Assembly: GCA_002269645.1 (NCBI GenBank)
Contig: NIVC01000976.1
Location: forward strand, 62,001-126,000
Direction: 5' to 3'
Length of the DNA: 64,000 bases
Source: Macrostomum lignano
Taxonomy: Eukaryota
Part shown: piece after piece, positions 61,892 to 64,000 of the stretch
Numbering within the stretch: the first letter of the stretch is position 1
Layout of the letters: each line of letters begins with the position of its first letter
The notes under the pieces: model-generated
The model's input: the letters and a program-made list of their open reading frames with translations, nothing else
The model's database searches: none
What the model was told of the DNA's origin: nothing
Program-made: the position numbers and the translations under genes

Positions 61892-63451
61892 TATTACAAT
61901 AATAGCAACTTTATTCTAACCTTGACTGCTTCAGCGAAGTGTTTTTTTATTTCGTTTTATTTCCATAAGTTTAAAGGGCCATCACGTTCAAATTGCATGT
62001 ATAACTTTAAATAAATGAGATTTAATTGCTTTGGTAGCATAACATGTATAGACAAAATTGCCACAGGTGTACATGTATATAGCATTCAGATAGGCAGGCT
62101 TAGACCTAGATTTTGAAGTACACTATATTGTCATTAGTGGTTGTATTCCACAACTTCTATGTAGTTTATAGTAGTCCTGTAGTCTACATAGTCTCTGCTG
62201 TATCCCGGGGTCTCGGCCCTCGACCTATTCAAAGTCTTAAGGGCCTAGCATTGCATTGTTACGAGTAATTACATGCTGTTTTCAACGTAAAGTCGTTAAT
62301 CAAATTATTTCAAAGAAAGATGGTTAGAGCTAATGATCTTACTAAAACATACTAGCTCGATTCGGATTATGACCATATCCTACTGGTACAGTAGCAATCT
62401 TAAAATACATGTAGTTGGGATGACCGTGATAGTTCACATCACATTATGCTCACACTTAATTACATGCTTGATTAGAAGTTTCTTTTAAAAAACCACTAAG
62501 TTCAAGGCCGACGTGTTTTGTTTGGCTAAAACGCTCTCGCTTGCACGGCATCAAACTTTACCATTGGTGTACAAACTTTAATTTTACGTGTACAGCGTCG
62601 GGAACGTTGGAAAGTGTTGGGGGGGGGGGGCGGTAGGCTTTGCAAAATGAGTCAATAAGACATACACGTACATCAGTACATAGAAGTTTCCGGTATGCAT
62701 TATGTAAATAGATATGCTTGATTTTCTTATCAAGGGATGGCACATGGCCCCCCTCGCGTTAAACTTCGAGGGCTTAATAGCCTCACTGCAAGCCTCGAAT
62801 TCGGAGGCTCTGCTGTATCCAGCAGATACTTAAGACACTAAGACACCACGCCTATAGCTATCTGTAAACCGAGGCGACTTTGATATATCAGATTGCTACT
62901 CCGAATCAGAAATATGAATCTAAAGCCGATTAACTGGCTATATTACGCTCGTATATGGTTGGGGCCGATTAGCACAAACACCCAGTGAGAGCTTAATATC
63001 TTGCTGTGGGCTGCGGTCATCAAGCCTGCCATAAACATGACCTTACATGACCTATACAGGGGTCCCTATATGAAGCAGATTTATACCTTGAACGCACTTA
63101 CATGCTATATAAAAATGTACTATACTATAGTATGCCATATCCGCTATTTATTAAGAGCCAATTTATCTAAACAAGTGATGATGAACACATGGCTGCTAGC
63201 CTTCTAATTAAAAATGGGTGAAAAGATAAAATTTTTATACGTTGATTTTAAATATTGGAAAGCCTTAACACATTTAGCTAGCCTTTCAAATTTATTTGTG
63301 TTGCAAACTCTAATCACAATTATACCGACCCTAGAAAACCAGATGGATATGAATTTTACATAATTAACTCTAAAGAGTATTCCATTGATTAATAATGCCA
63401 TAAAATCAGCCAGGAAGAGTAAAAAATGTGCGGCGTCTTCAAGCTACCGCA

Positions 63452-64000
<549 letters not shown>

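Overview
Eukaryotic, metazoan-type genomic DNA with GC-rich exons, minisatellite-filled introns and AT-rich intergenic DNA packed with transposons. The style resembles the flatworm Macrostomum, but that is an inference. On the + strand are a 9-exon strawberry notch/SBNO gene (20674-30853) and an ELMOD ARF-GAP gene (33777-37697). ELMOD exon 2 is split by a very young 1.9 kb non-coding LTR element. On the - strand are an intronless AF10/MLLT10 gene (40247-42676), a 4-exon PTP1B/TC-PTP-like phosphatase (44460-48711) with a 1-nt homopolymer frameshift, two exons of an RGS-like gene, and the 3' end of an unknown gene at the right edge. Mobile DNA includes a 5'-truncated Gypsy element, an 8.3 kb TIR element with nested cargo, a 5'-inverted (twin-primed) RTE LINE, a Merlin transposon with a nested MITE, a Mutator-like element inside an old RTE, a Tc1/mariner derivative, MITEs and a tRNA-derived SINE. 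There is no CRISPR array, rRNA or intact tRNA. All protein assignments come from motif recognition by eye; no searches were run.
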